A DNA stretch of 52,307 nt. Source: Candidatus Yanofskybacteria bacterium. Lineage in GTDB: Bacteria > Patescibacteriota > Minisyncoccia > 2-02-FULL-40-12 > GWA2-44-9. Positions within the stretch are counted from its first letter, which is position 1. The number at the start of each line of letters is the position of its first letter. The notes beneath the pieces were generated by a model, which was not told where the DNA came from, did not search any database, and was given only the letters and a program-made list of their open reading frames with translations. The stretch covers positions 1 to 52,307 of the forward strand of contig JAHFKT010000004.1 in the NCBI GenBank assembly GCA_023245235.1, given 5' to 3'. This document shows positions 1 through 9,032 of the stretch, piece after piece. Both the position numbers and the translations under genes were made by a program.

Positions 1-147
1 CCATATCCCGAAGGGTTCTCGCTGTGTTCCCGCTCCGCTTTGTTGCTCCTCGTCGGAGTACCAACCGGTACTCCTCGCTCGTCGCGCCTCGCGGAGCGGG
101 AACACTTCAGAGAACGCGGCTCGGGATTATTATTGAGATAGGGTCTG

Positions 148-175
148 AATAAAAGAAGCCGTGCGAAGCACGGCT
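148..175 (-). terminator. Rho-independent terminator after dut
   Basis: The stem agccgtgc (157-164) pairs with gcacggct (168-175) around a gaa loop. On the minus strand it is followed by a cttcttttatt run, 1 nt after the dut stop codon (177-179). Confidence 0.6.
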
Positions 176-176
176 C

Positions 177-773
177 TCAGCTGACTCCGGTTGACCCGAA
201 CCCCCCGGTGCCCCTTGTCGTCTCGCCGAGCTTTTCCGGATGATCGACGAATTCGATCTGAGGAATAAGCGCCCACTGGAAAATGACCTGGACGATCCGC
301 ATACTCCGCGAAAGGTCGAAAGGATCTTCGCCCCTGTTATGGATCAGCGCACCCGCTTCGCCCCGATAGTCAGGGTCGATGGTGCCGGGAGCATTCGTAA
401 TGGTGATCTTGTGCTTCGAAGCGAAGCCGCTTCGCGGCGCTACCCAATAGAACATCGGGAAGGGCATGGCCGTGAAAAACCCGAGACCGAGCATGACCGA
501 TTGGCCCGGATCGATACGATAGATCAGCTCGTGACCGTTCTGTCTCACCTTACTGACGACATGACCACTGATCGAAGGATCGTCGGGCCAAGCCTCGAAA
601 TCGAACAATGTTTTTCGGAGGATCGGGTTGGCCGTATCCATCTCGCGATCCGAGACTACAGCCCTGATACGGGCATCGTAACCGATCGCACCATCAGTCT
701 TGCGTTCCGGGGCGTGGCCGCCCGGCAGTACATGCACCTTGATGTCGGGATGAAGGAACTCGTTGGTATCCAT
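177..773 (-). CDS. dut: dUTP diphosphatase (trimeric dUTPase) with a ~45-aa insertion between motifs 1 and 2
   Basis: All five dUTPase motifs are readable: AIGYDARI, APRSGFA, GTIDPDYRGE, RIVQV and RGTGGFGSTG. Extra sequence (SDREMDTANPILRKTLFDFEAWPDD...) lies between motifs 1 and 2. Confidence 0.85.
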   Translation of the reverse strand: MDTNEFLHPDIKVHVLPGGHAPERKTDGAIGYDARIRAVVSDREMDTANPILRKTLFDFEAWPDDPSISGHVVSKVRQNGHELIYRIDPGQSVMLGLGFFTAMPFPMFYWVAPRSGFASKHKITITNAPGTIDPDYRGEAGALIHNRGEDPFDLSRSMRIVQVIFQWALIPQIEFVDHPEKLGETTRGTGGFGSTGVS

Positions 774-821
774 TGATAAAAGAGCTCGGGGAGATTTTAT
801 CAGTTCAGACCGAAAAGTCCA

Positions 822-2612
822 TTATCTTTTCAACATTTTCAGAAATACATCCTGGGGCAAGCTGACCCGACCGGTCTCTTTCATCCGTGCCTTGCCTCGC
901 TTTTGTTTTTCGCGAAGTTTCATCTTGCGGGTGATATCACCGCCATACATATGCTGAGTAACATCTTTCTTTCTGGCCCGGATCGATTCTGCGGCGATGA
1001 TTTTGCCGCCGATAGCCGCCTGAATCGAAACCTCGAACATCTGCGGCGGCACGATATCTTTGAGCTTCGAAACCATAGCCCGTCCCTCAAAATATGACTT
1101 CTCCCGGGGCACAATGCGCGAGAACGGCTCAACGAGATCGGTCGCGATCAGAATATCCAAACGGATGAGATCGCCCTTTTGCATGCCTTTCGGCTCATAG
1201 CTCATCGAAGCATAGCCCGAAGAAACGCTTTTCAATTTATCATAAAAATCGGTCACGATCTCCGAAAGCGGCATGTCGTATTTCAGGAGCGCCGTTTCCT
1301 TACCGATATACTCGGTGCCGTGATACACATTACGGAATGTAGAAACAAGCTCCATGACACTGCCGACATAGGTTACCGGCGCGATCAGTTCCAGGGCTAC
1401 GATCGGTTCGGCAATGGATTCGACCGCTGAGGGATCGGGTAATCTGGCCGCTGAACGGATGAGAACTGTTTCTCCCTTCTTCAAAGTAACGGCATATTCA
1501 ACCGACGGAGTGGAGATGATCAAGTTCAAGTTAAATTCCCGGTGCAACCGCTCCGAGATGATCTCGACATGGAGCATGCCCAGGAATCCGACACGAAAAC
1601 CCCGACCCAGCCCCGCTGATGCTTCCGGCTCATAGATCAATGATGCGTCAGTCAGTTTGAGCTTCGATAACGCATCTTTCAGCAGGTCATAATCCTCGCC
1701 CCTCTCGGGGAAAAAACTGGCAAAGACCATCGGGCGCGGCTCTTTATATCCCGCGAGAGGTTTGAAGTTTTTATCTTCGAACATTACGGGATCAGTGATC
1801 GTATCGCCTACTCTGATCTGGCCCGGATCCTTAAGGCCGGTGGCGATATAACCGATCTCACCGGATGAGAGAGATTTCCCCTGAACCAGCCCCGGTGAGA
1901 AATAACCGACCTCAAGAACTTCAGCTTTAGCCCGGGTGGCATATGCACCTATCGGCATGGCTTGCCTTAAAGAGCCGTTAAATACCCTCACATAAGCCAG
2001 AACGCCCTTATAAGCATCGAAGGTTGAGTCGAAGATCAGCGCCCGGCATTCTTTTGAGCCGTCTGCTTTTGGCTCCGGCACCTTCTCAATAACAAGCTCA
2101 AGAACTTTCTGGACATTCATGCCGCTCTTGGCGGATATCTCCAGTATCTCATCCGGTTCAACTCCGAGCAGATACGACAGCTCCTCTTTCACCTGCGCCG
2201 TCCGGGCATTGGGCAGGTCTATCTTATTGATAACGGGCAGGATGACCAGTTTCTGCTGCTGGGCCAAATGCAGATTCGCCAGGGTTTGGGCCTGGACGCC
2301 TTTTGACGCGTCGACGAGCAGGATCGCACCTTCAACAGCCGCCAATGACCGCGAGACTTCGTAAGTAAAATCCACGTGGCCGGGCGTATCTATAAGATTA
2401 AGCATGTACTCCCGGCCGCTGTAGGCGTAACTCATCCGGACGGGCTGCAGCTTGATGGTGATGCCCCGCTCCCGCTCAAGCTCCATGGTATCCAGATACT
2501 GCTCATGCATCTTCCGTTTCTCGACGGTACCGGTCAATTCTAAAAATCGATCCGCGAGGGTCGATTTTCCGTGATCGATATGAGCGATGATAACGAAGTT
2601 CCTGATCTCCAT
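822..2612 (-). CDS. lepA: Elongation factor 4 (LepA)
   Basis: The N-terminus is IRNFVIIAHIDHGKSTLADRFLELTG, with the DTPGHVDF and NKIDL GTPase motifs. The LepA-type C-terminus (...GGDITRKMKLREKQKRGKARMK) and the 596-aa length also fit. Confidence 0.95.
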   Translation of the reverse strand: MEIRNFVIIAHIDHGKSTLADRFLELTGTVEKRKMHEQYLDTMELERERGITIKLQPVRMSYAYSGREYMLNLIDTPGHVDFTYEVSRSLAAVEGAILLVDASKGVQAQTLANLHLAQQQKLVILPVINKIDLPNARTAQVKEELSYLLGVEPDEILEISAKSGMNVQKVLELVIEKVPEPKADGSKECRALIFDSTFDAYKGVLAYVRVFNGSLRQAMPIGAYATRAKAEVLEVGYFSPGLVQGKSLSSGEIGYIATGLKDPGQIRVGDTITDPVMFEDKNFKPLAGYKEPRPMVFASFFPERGEDYDLLKDALSKLKLTDASLIYEPEASAGLGRGFRVGFLGMLHVEIISERLHREFNLNLIISTPSVEYAVTLKKGETVLIRSAARLPDPSAVESIAEPIVALELIAPVTYVGSVMELVSTFRNVYHGTEYIGKETALLKYDMPLSEIVTDFYDKLKSVSSGYASMSYEPKGMQKGDLIRLDILIATDLVEPFSRIVPREKSYFEGRAMVSKLKDIVPPQMFEVSIQAAIGGKIIAAESIRARKKDVTQHMYGGDITRKMKLREKQKRGKARMKETGRVSLPQDVFLKMLKR

Positions 2613-2630
2613 ATGTTCCGATATTTTACA

Positions 2631-3974
2631 TCAAAAATGATGCTTTGTAAATCTCCGGAAGAATATCCAGAGCAGGAAAAAATTCAGATTACCGGCGATC
2701 GAGAAAGCCGCCGCAAGACCGGCCACGCCCCAATGATAGTGGATCGCGAACAGCCAGGCACCCAGCCAATTCACCAGGATCGACACAACGGAAACGGAGA
2801 CCGGGATTGCCGTGTTCTGCAGGGCGTAGAATGCCCGGGACAGGATCGGGATCAGGCTTTGAGCCGGAATTCCGAACATGAAGATCGCGAGAACCGCAGC
2901 CGTCAGATCGACGCTTGTGCCGCGATATGATCCGATACCGAAGATGAGGTTAATGGCCCAATGCGAGAGGAAGTATCCGACGACCGAGAGCGGTACTACG
3001 ATAAGTGCCGTGCTCTTCATGGCGGCATACAGTTTTTCTTTAAATTCTTTCAACTCCTGCCCGGATGCATGCATTGAAAGGCGCGGAAAAACAGCGGTGG
3101 CGACCGATACGCCGACCACCGCGATCGGCACGAACTGGAGATTATTGGCCACGTTCAAGACTGAAATACTGCCGATGGCCATGGTTGACGCGATTGCATT
3201 CACCACGGCGGAATCGATACTGTACGCACCGAGTCCCAGTGTCCGGGGAACCATTAACTTCAAGATCTTCCTGAAATTCTGGTCCGCCAGATCAAAGACA
3301 GGCCTCCATCTGAATCCCGCGATCATGGCGGCGGTTCCCTGGATACAAAAATGCAGTAGCGCGCCGAATACTACACCCCAGCCCAGACCCAGCACTTCCG
3401 GATAGCCATGAATACGCATCAATGGAACAAAATATACGGCTCCGATGATAATACCGAAATTATACAGCACTGGCGCGATGGCATAGGCCCAAAAGCGTTC
3501 AAGCGACTGGAGAACCGAACCGAATATCGTACTCAATGAGAACAGCACCGGCGAAAGAAGCATCAAGCGCGTCAGTGAAATCGCGACCTCACGATCGGTA
3601 CCCGAAAATCCCGGCGCGATGAGCGAAACAACGCTCCCGGCAAAGAACCAGAGAACACCCGCAGAGGTGAGCACCATAAGAAATATAATGGTGGTAAAAT
3701 TCTGGGCCAGCCGCCACGCATTCGCCTCGTTGTTCTTATATTCTCCGATGAAGACCGGAATGAAAGCCGACGATACCGCCCCCAATACCAAAAGGTTGAA
3801 TACCAGATCCGGCAGCTTGAACGCACTGTAGTAGACGTCGAGCATGCGCGAAGCGCCGAAATGCGATGTCAGGATGCGATCGCGGAACAATGCCACTACA
3901 TCGGCGATAAAGCTGAAAAAGGCCAGCGCGATGCTTGCCTTCGCCACCGTTTTCAGTTTGAGATCAAAAACCAT
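2631..3974 (-). CDS. murJ: Lipid II flippase, MurJ/MviN family (short form, 447 aa)
   Basis: The protein is polytopic. Its N-terminus (FFSFIADVVALFRDRILTSHFGASRMLDVYYSAFKLPDLVFNLL) is typical of MurJ. It is followed by lepA. Confidence 0.8.
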   Translation of the reverse strand: MVFDLKLKTVAKASIALAFFSFIADVVALFRDRILTSHFGASRMLDVYYSAFKLPDLVFNLLVLGAVSSAFIPVFIGEYKNNEANAWRLAQNFTTIIFLMVLTSAGVLWFFAGSVVSLIAPGFSGTDREVAISLTRLMLLSPVLFSLSTIFGSVLQSLERFWAYAIAPVLYNFGIIIGAVYFVPLMRIHGYPEVLGLGWGVVFGALLHFCIQGTAAMIAGFRWRPVFDLADQNFRKILKLMVPRTLGLGAYSIDSAVVNAIASTMAIGSISVLNVANNLQFVPIAVVGVSVATAVFPRLSMHASGQELKEFKEKLYAAMKSTALIVVPLSVVGYFLSHWAINLIFGIGSYRGTSVDLTAAVLAIFMFGIPAQSLIPILSRAFYALQNTAIPVSVSVVSILVNWLGAWLFAIHYHWGVAGLAAAFSIAGNLNFFLLWIFFRRFTKHHF

Positions 3975-6655
3975 TATTTGAAGTTGACCTTGACCTGAAG
4001 GTCATTATCGAGCGGGCCGGTCCAGTCGTATTTAACTCCGCCCTGATTCAGGAGCGGATATGATTCGGTTGGTATCAGACCGCTCGGTTTCGACATCGAG
4101 AGCGCGAATTTCTGAACCTCCAGCCCCGGCTGTTTCTGAATATACAGCTGCCACGAGTTGTCGGCAAGCGCGCCGGAAACTTTATATCGGACGGTTACTG
4201 TCTTAGTTTGGCCGGGATCAGTGATCATCCAGAACCCGAACTCGGTCTTACCGGCCTCACTATATGTCGTAACGCCGGTAGAGCGGTCGGCCTCACCGCT
4301 CTTCTCTAAGTTGGCCAGATCGGCATCTTTCTGAAATCCGGAGTTCTGATAGTCAATGAGCGGACTGAAATTCGGTTTGTCATTGCCGCTGACCGAGATG
4401 AGCTCGGCACCGTCGGGTACCAGGATGCGCATATAAGCCGGGTTCTGTTTATTATAGAAACCGAACTTCTCGTGCCCGCCGTTATGCTGGCGGACGATAG
4501 TGAGCGTATGGATGGCCGCATCGTCATCAAATACGGTATCAAGCGCGAATGATGTATCGGTGACGGCATCGGTCTTCGAACCCTTTATGTTCGTGATTGT
4601 CGCCATCAGATAATCACCGGGCGGGCGCTGGACCTGTCCCCCGAATCCTTTATCGGACACGAAGCTCTCCAGGCTCAAATTATTGAAATACATAAGGATC
4701 TGGCGCTTATCCATTCCGCTGACCAGGGCGTTGAAGACCGAAAGCCACTGGTCGGATTTGGCCGAGTATATTTTTTTGAGAAGCAGCGGAGCGAAGTCCT
4801 TTACGATCTGCTTGGGCTGATCACGGTTGGCGCCGTACTCAACCTGGTCCTGGATGGTGGTCAGTACATTCTTTGAATCCAGTGTAAGATCGTACTGCGG
4901 CATTGAGACCGGACCGACAATATCCAGCATCGAGGAAATAAGCTCAGGATTGACTGCGATCACGCCATCAACGCTCTGGCCGGACTCTTTCTGATAGAAC
5001 CCCTCGATCTTCCTGGCGGAAGTCGGAAAGTCGATGAACCAATTTGCATCGCGCATGCCCCAATTCGGAGTGATATGCTGAAGTTGAAGCGGCGGGATGA
5101 TGTTCTCCTTCAACTGCCCGTCAAGATTGTAAACATCGTCGACGAAGAAATCATCAAGCTTGCCGTCTTTAAAGGACACGATCCCGTATGTTCCGGGAAA
5201 GCCGCCGGCCGGACGAAGTTCGCTAGAGTTTGGGAACAAGATCAAATATCGCTTAGACCCGCTGACATCAATAAGATTCCCGAAAAATTTCGCGTAATCA
5301 GCGCTCTCACTGACGGTCTGGTCGAACAGAGGCAGCTTTGACCTGAAATCGTCGAAACCCGCCCTCTTGTCATCAGGAATGATGCTTTCATCAACATCGG
5401 CCAATAATGAGTTGGCCTGGCCGATATCGGCTTTCGATGCCAGTAGTGCTTCTTTTAACGCACCGATAACGCTCCCGATGGCTACATTGTTATTGGTCGG
5501 ATCAAAAATAATGCCGGTCTTGGCGACCGCATCCATCGCCTGGGTCATTGCCGAACCGGCGTCGGCCAGCAGCTGGCCGACCTTCACGAGGTTCTTGGCG
5601 GATTTAACGGATCCGGCGCCTGGCAGTTGAGCGAACAGATCGGTGATCGTCGCACCCATAAAATTCAAACTATCGCCGGCTTTTGAAAAGTTCTGATATG
5701 CCTGTATGAAATCATGCGATGCATCCTGAAAATTAAGGCTCTTCAGGTCATCGTGGGCACTCTGCAGATCTTCGACCGCCGAAGCGCTCTCCTGGATAAC
5801 CTGATGTTTCAGGTGCGATACATAATAGATAATACCGCCGGCTGACAGCAGTGCCGCAACCGCAATAATGACGCGCCTCGATGATATCCGGAGAGATCTT
5901 AACGATACCGTAACGAGCTTTTGCTTCGTACCTTTCTCTGGCACAAAGACCGGCTGGCGGCGGACCGGTGCGAACTCTTGAATAGTTGGAACCGCAGGCA
6001 ATTGTTCAATGCGGGGAACGGGGGTATTACGCCCGATGATCCGTGCCGAATGTTCGATCTCGGATACGATACGGTCTAATTGCGGATCGGCCGGCTTGGG
6101 AGATTCGGACCCGGAAACAATACCCGGCTTCTTCGGAATGTCCGTCACGATCGTTCCCGAATCATTTTGGGAACGCGGCTGGACCTTCGGAAGTTCCTGG
6201 TCGCGTTCCCCCGGTAGAAGCAGCGGTGAGATCGGAGGGGCCGGCTTGCGGTGGATGATACGGTATCGCGGCTTGGCCGGCACGGAGGTCTCGGATGTCT
6301 GGCCTCCTATCTTCGCAAGTTCGACCTGGAAGTCAACGTCGTCATTGATCAGGGTATCGAAATCATTCTTAACACTGCGCTTCCGGGGAACATCAGTCGC
6401 TGGAGCTGGCACCGGTGCCGGCACTGATTCTGCCTCGGATTCCGGTTGAGGTTCCGGCAGTATCTCTTTTGGCCTCCTGACCGCTAAGCCCTGAGTTGGC
6501 GCATCGGTTCTGATAGAAACTTTTTTAGGCCGGTACGCGCTGAGGTTGACGACCGAGACAACCGATTCTATTTTCCGGACATCAAGAGAGCCGGAGGCAT
6601 CCACCGGCTTAATATCAAAGAGTGCCCCTTGTGCGATTCGTTTAGACTGGGGCAT
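3974..6655 (-). CDS. DUF4012 domain membrane-anchored envelope protein; N-terminal Pro-rich region, one TM helix
   Basis: It carries the DUF4012 signature block RYLILFPNSSELRPAGGFPGTYGIVSFKDGKL. A TM segment (VIIAVAALLSAGGIIYYV) follows a low-complexity P/E/S-rich N-terminus. The tracked ORF opens with TTG at 6679. I prefer the ATG at 6655 (MPQSKRIA...), which lies 7 nt downstream of a TATAAT box, but the start remains uncertain. Confidence 0.75.
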   Translation of the reverse strand: MPQSKRIAQGALFDIKPVDASGSLDVRKIESVVSVVNLSAYRPKKVSIRTDAPTQGLAVRRPKEILPEPQPESEAESVPAPVPAPATDVPRKRSVKNDFDTLINDDVDFQVELAKIGGQTSETSVPAKPRYRIIHRKPAPPISPLLLPGERDQELPKVQPRSQNDSGTIVTDIPKKPGIVSGSESPKPADPQLDRIVSEIEHSARIIGRNTPVPRIEQLPAVPTIQEFAPVRRQPVFVPEKGTKQKLVTVSLRSLRISSRRVIIAVAALLSAGGIIYYVSHLKHQVIQESASAVEDLQSAHDDLKSLNFQDASHDFIQAYQNFSKAGDSLNFMGATITDLFAQLPGAGSVKSAKNLVKVGQLLADAGSAMTQAMDAVAKTGIIFDPTNNNVAIGSVIGALKEALLASKADIGQANSLLADVDESIIPDDKRAGFDDFRSKLPLFDQTVSESADYAKFFGNLIDVSGSKRYLILFPNSSELRPAGGFPGTYGIVSFKDGKLDDFFVDDVYNLDGQLKENIIPPLQLQHITPNWGMRDANWFIDFPTSARKIEGFYQKESGQSVDGVIAVNPELISSMLDIVGPVSMPQYDLTLDSKNVLTTIQDQVEYGANRDQPKQIVKDFAPLLLKKIYSAKSDQWLSVFNALVSGMDKRQILMYFNNLSLESFVSDKGFGGQVQRPPGDYLMATITNIKGSKTDAVTDTSFALDTVFDDDAAIHTLTIVRQHNGGHEKFGFYNKQNPAYMRILVPDGAELISVSGNDKPNFSPLIDYQNSGFQKDADLANLEKSGEADRSTGVTTYSEAGKTEFGFWMITDPGQTKTVTVRYKVSGALADNSWQLYIQKQPGLEVQKFALSMSKPSGLIPTESYPLLNQGGVKYDWTGPLDNDLQVKVNFK

Positions 6656-6662
6656 ACCTTTC

Positions 6663-6668
6663 ATTATA
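6663..6668 (-). promoter_or_regulatory. Candidate -10 box (TATAAT) 7 nt upstream of the ATG at 6655
   Basis: The minus strand reads ctggTATATAATgaaaggtATGccc. Confidence 0.3.
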
Positions 6669-6705
6669 TACCAGAGCAAATGATCGACTCTGTGGAGAAA
6701 TAACG

Positions 6706-7839
6706 CTAGAAATCAGTAAGGACGCGAAGTGTTTCCCGGACGGAACGATCCCATGAAAATTCCTTGGCACGGACAAGACCTTTATCGATGCAGCGGGTCC
6801 GGAATCGCTGATCGGTCAACAACAGTTCAAGGGCCGAGGTAATGTCCGCGACATTATAGGGATCGACCAACACCGCGGCGTCTCCGGCGACTTCCGGCAG
6901 TGAAGAGTTGTGGGAAGTGACGACCGGGGTGCCGCATGCCATCGCTTCCAGAACCGGCAAGCCGAATCCCTCAAAGAAGGACGGGTAGGCGAACACCTCT
7001 GCGGTGGCATAATAGTATGGACGGTCCTCATCAGAGATATATCCGAGATATCTGATATGGGAAACTGCCGGCGAGGACTCCATCTCCCCTATAATATCAT
7101 CCGACAGCCATCCCCGGTCGCCGCCCAGGACCAGCCAGCAATCATCGAACCCGGGCACCTCTTTGAGTCGGACGAATGCCCTTATGATGGCCTTGGTATT
7201 CTTACGCGGCTCAAGAGTACTTAATGAAAATATGAAGCGCTTGGGCAGGTCATGCTTTTGCCTAAAATGTTCCAGATGTTCGAGCGTCGGCCGCTTCATT
7301 GAAACTCCCGAGTAAACGACCGAGATATTGGCCGGGTCGATGTGATACAGCTCGACCAGGTCGGATTTTGTCGACTCGGATACGGCAATGATCCGGTCGG
7401 ATAACCGGGCTTGGCGGATAGGATTCATCTCGATCGTGTGCCACAATCGTTTACCAAGAGTGAAAAATTCAGGGAACCGGAGATATGACAGATCGTGGAA
7501 TGTGGTAAAGCGTCGGCAATCGTTCGACAGCGATGCAATAAAAAAGTGCGGCGAGAAAAACACATCCACGCCGCCAAGCATCCGGTCGATCAATGGCCAA
7601 CTGAAGAACCGGTTGGCAAGGAACAGTATATTATTCGGTACCCGGTATGAATATAGGGTGACATTTTTTGCAGACAGCCAACGATACGCCGGCAGCTTCT
7701 GGCGGAATGATGAGAAAAATAACTTAAAGGTATGCTCCGGGGCCTGTTCGATCATACGGCCAACGAGCTGTTCCGCGTACTCGACAATGCCGCTGCGCCG
7801 GGAATTTCCGAGGATACGAATGTCGATACCGATGATCAT
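6706..7839 (-). CDS. Glycosyltransferase family 4 (GT-B, Glycos_transf_1)
   Basis: The C-terminal GT1 motif [25 protein letters not shown] is present. Its ATG overlaps the upstream stop codon (ATGA-type coupling at 7836-7839). Confidence 0.85.
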   Translation of the reverse strand: MIIGIDIRILGNSRRSGIVEYAEQLVGRMIEQAPEHTFKLFFSSFRQKLPAYRWLSAKNVTLYSYRVPNNILFLANRFFSWPLIDRMLGGVDVFFSPHFFIASLSNDCRRFTTFHDLSYLRFPEFFTLGKRLWHTIEMNPIRQARLSDRIIAVSESTKSDLVELYHIDPANISVVYSGVSMKRPTLEHLEHFRQKHDLPKRFIFSLSTLEPRKNTKAIIRAFVRLKEVPGFDDCWLVLGGDRGWLSDDIIGEMESSPAVSHIRYLGYISDEDRPYYYATAEVFAYPSFFEGFGLPVLEAMACGTPVVTSHNSSLPEVAGDAAVLVDPYNVADITSALELLLTDQRFRTRCIDKGLVRAKEFSWDRSVRETLRVLTDF

Positions 7840-8912
7840 AGCTGAAGTGCGGTTTTGATGCGTTCTTTGAATTTCAAGACGTCAAAGCGTTCAGCCTGTG
7901 CCCGGCACGCGGCCGGGTCAATGGAAGCGGCATCGAAATGAAGTACGGAGTCGGCGAGAGCTTCCGGAGTCTGGTCATCGAAGAACTGCCCGGTCACTCC
8001 TTCAACCACCGTCTCAAGTGCGCCGCCGCCACGGTATGCCATCACCGGCCGGCCGGATGCCATCGCCTCAAGCGGCACGATGCCAAAATCTTCCTCCTGG
8101 GGAAATATCAGGGCCCGGGCATGTGCATAGAGGTCAGCCAAACGCCGGTCATCGACCTGATCGGCAAAAACTATATTTCTTTTTGCCAGAGCACCGAGCT
8201 TCCGGCGTTCAGGGCCGGTTCCGGCGATAACAAGCGGCAATCCAAGCTGATTGAACGCCTGGATGGCGATATCAAATTTCTTATAGGAAACCAAACGGCC
8301 GACCATCAGATAATAATCATCCGGCCTCGGTACGGAATGGAACTGGGCGACTTGGACCGGCGGATATAACATCGCGGACCGGCGATCATAATACTTCTTG
8401 ACCCGAGCAGCTACAAAATCTGAGATCGTCCAGAACTCATCAACACGGCGGGCGGCATGCTGGTCCCAGATCCGCAGGTACGATATGAACGGCAGGATCG
8501 CTTTCCTGATCATGAGCGGGAACCCGAACTCATCGACGAACTTCTGGCTATTGTCCCAAAGGAACCGCGGCGGCGTCAGGCAGTAGCAAATATGCCTGGT
8601 TTCGGGACCGGTGATCACGCCTTTGGCAAAAGAAGCTGAAACAGAAACCACCAGGTCAAAACCCCTGAAGTCAAACTGCTCGATGGCCAACGGCATCAGC
8701 GCCGGATAAAACTGATGGTGGCGTTTGGCAAACGGAAATTTCTGCAGGAATGAGGTCCTGACAACCCGGTCCTTGAACAGCCCTTTCGTCGCACCCTCGT
8801 CATACAGAAGCGTGTAGATAGGCGCACGCGGAAATAACTCGCATAGACTCGCGAGCATCCGCTCGGCTCCTCCGAACTGATTAAGATATTCGTGGACGAA
8901 GGCGATCTTCAT
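7836..8912 (-). CDS. Glycosyltransferase family 4 (GT-B)
   Basis: It begins MKIAFVHEYLNQFGGAERML and carries FPQEEDFGIVPLEAMASGRPVMA. The 28-codon N-terminal extension in the ORF track (to 8996) runs through a structured intergenic element and a -10 box, so I reject it. Confidence 0.8.
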   Translation of the reverse strand: MKIAFVHEYLNQFGGAERMLASLCELFPRAPIYTLLYDEGATKGLFKDRVVRTSFLQKFPFAKRHHQFYPALMPLAIEQFDFRGFDLVVSVSASFAKGVITGPETRHICYCLTPPRFLWDNSQKFVDEFGFPLMIRKAILPFISYLRIWDQHAARRVDEFWTISDFVAARVKKYYDRRSAMLYPPVQVAQFHSVPRPDDYYLMVGRLVSYKKFDIAIQAFNQLGLPLVIAGTGPERRKLGALAKRNIVFADQVDDRRLADLYAHARALIFPQEEDFGIVPLEAMASGRPVMAYRGGGALETVVEGVTGQFFDDQTPEALADSVLHFDAASIDPAACRAQAERFDVLKFKERIKTALQL

Positions 8913-8918
8913 GCCAGA

Positions 8919-8927
8919 ACGATAGCA
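8919..8927 (-). promoter_or_regulatory. Extended -10 (TGcTATCGT) 6 nt upstream of the GT4 ATG at 8912
   Basis: The minus strand reads ggaTGcTATCGTtctggcATGaag. Confidence 0.35.
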
Positions 8928-8937
8928 TCCGGAATCT

Positions 8938-9027
8938 AAAAGCACAACGACAGAGTTCCCTTCATCGCCAACGCCTGGCGGGCGAGGGGAACCCACTCCG
9001 AGAGCGGAATTCCGCCGTTGTGCTTTT
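8938..9027 (-). other. Structured GC-rich intergenic element, probably a complex terminator or attenuator, between the WbaP-like gene and the GT4 gene
   Basis: A 12-bp outer stem pairs aaaagcacaacg (8938-8949) with cgttgtgctttt (9016-9027). It encloses an inner stem gttccc (8955-8960) / gggaac (8987-8992) and further short helices. Confidence 0.4.
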
Positions 9028-9032
9028 ATATT

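Noticed and set aside
7-125. Small SRP (4.5S) RNA, since the element is a ~115-nt long hairpin.
   Set aside because: The apical region lacks the conserved domain IV features: a GNRA-type tetraloop closed by a short helix, and symmetric/asymmetric loops with AGG...GGAAGCAGCC-like sequences. Here the apex is an 8-bp perfect helix with an AACC/GGTT loop, and the internal loops are 16 nt homopyrimidine or homopurine.
8913-8996. N-terminal 28-aa extension of the GT4 ORF (MGSPRPPGVGDEGNS...).
   Set aside because: It is encoded by the structured intergenic element and crosses the -10 box. The GT4 domain begins exactly at MKIAFVHEY (8912).
8938-9027. ZTP or another riboswitch upstream of the GT4 gene, suggested by a cgcctggcgggc segment that recalls the ZTP 3' motif.
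   Set aside because: The match covers only a few nucleotides. The 5' ZTP sub-domain is absent. The element also lies upstream of the candidate -10 box of the GT4 gene, so it is more likely a terminator/attenuator of the preceding gene than a leader.
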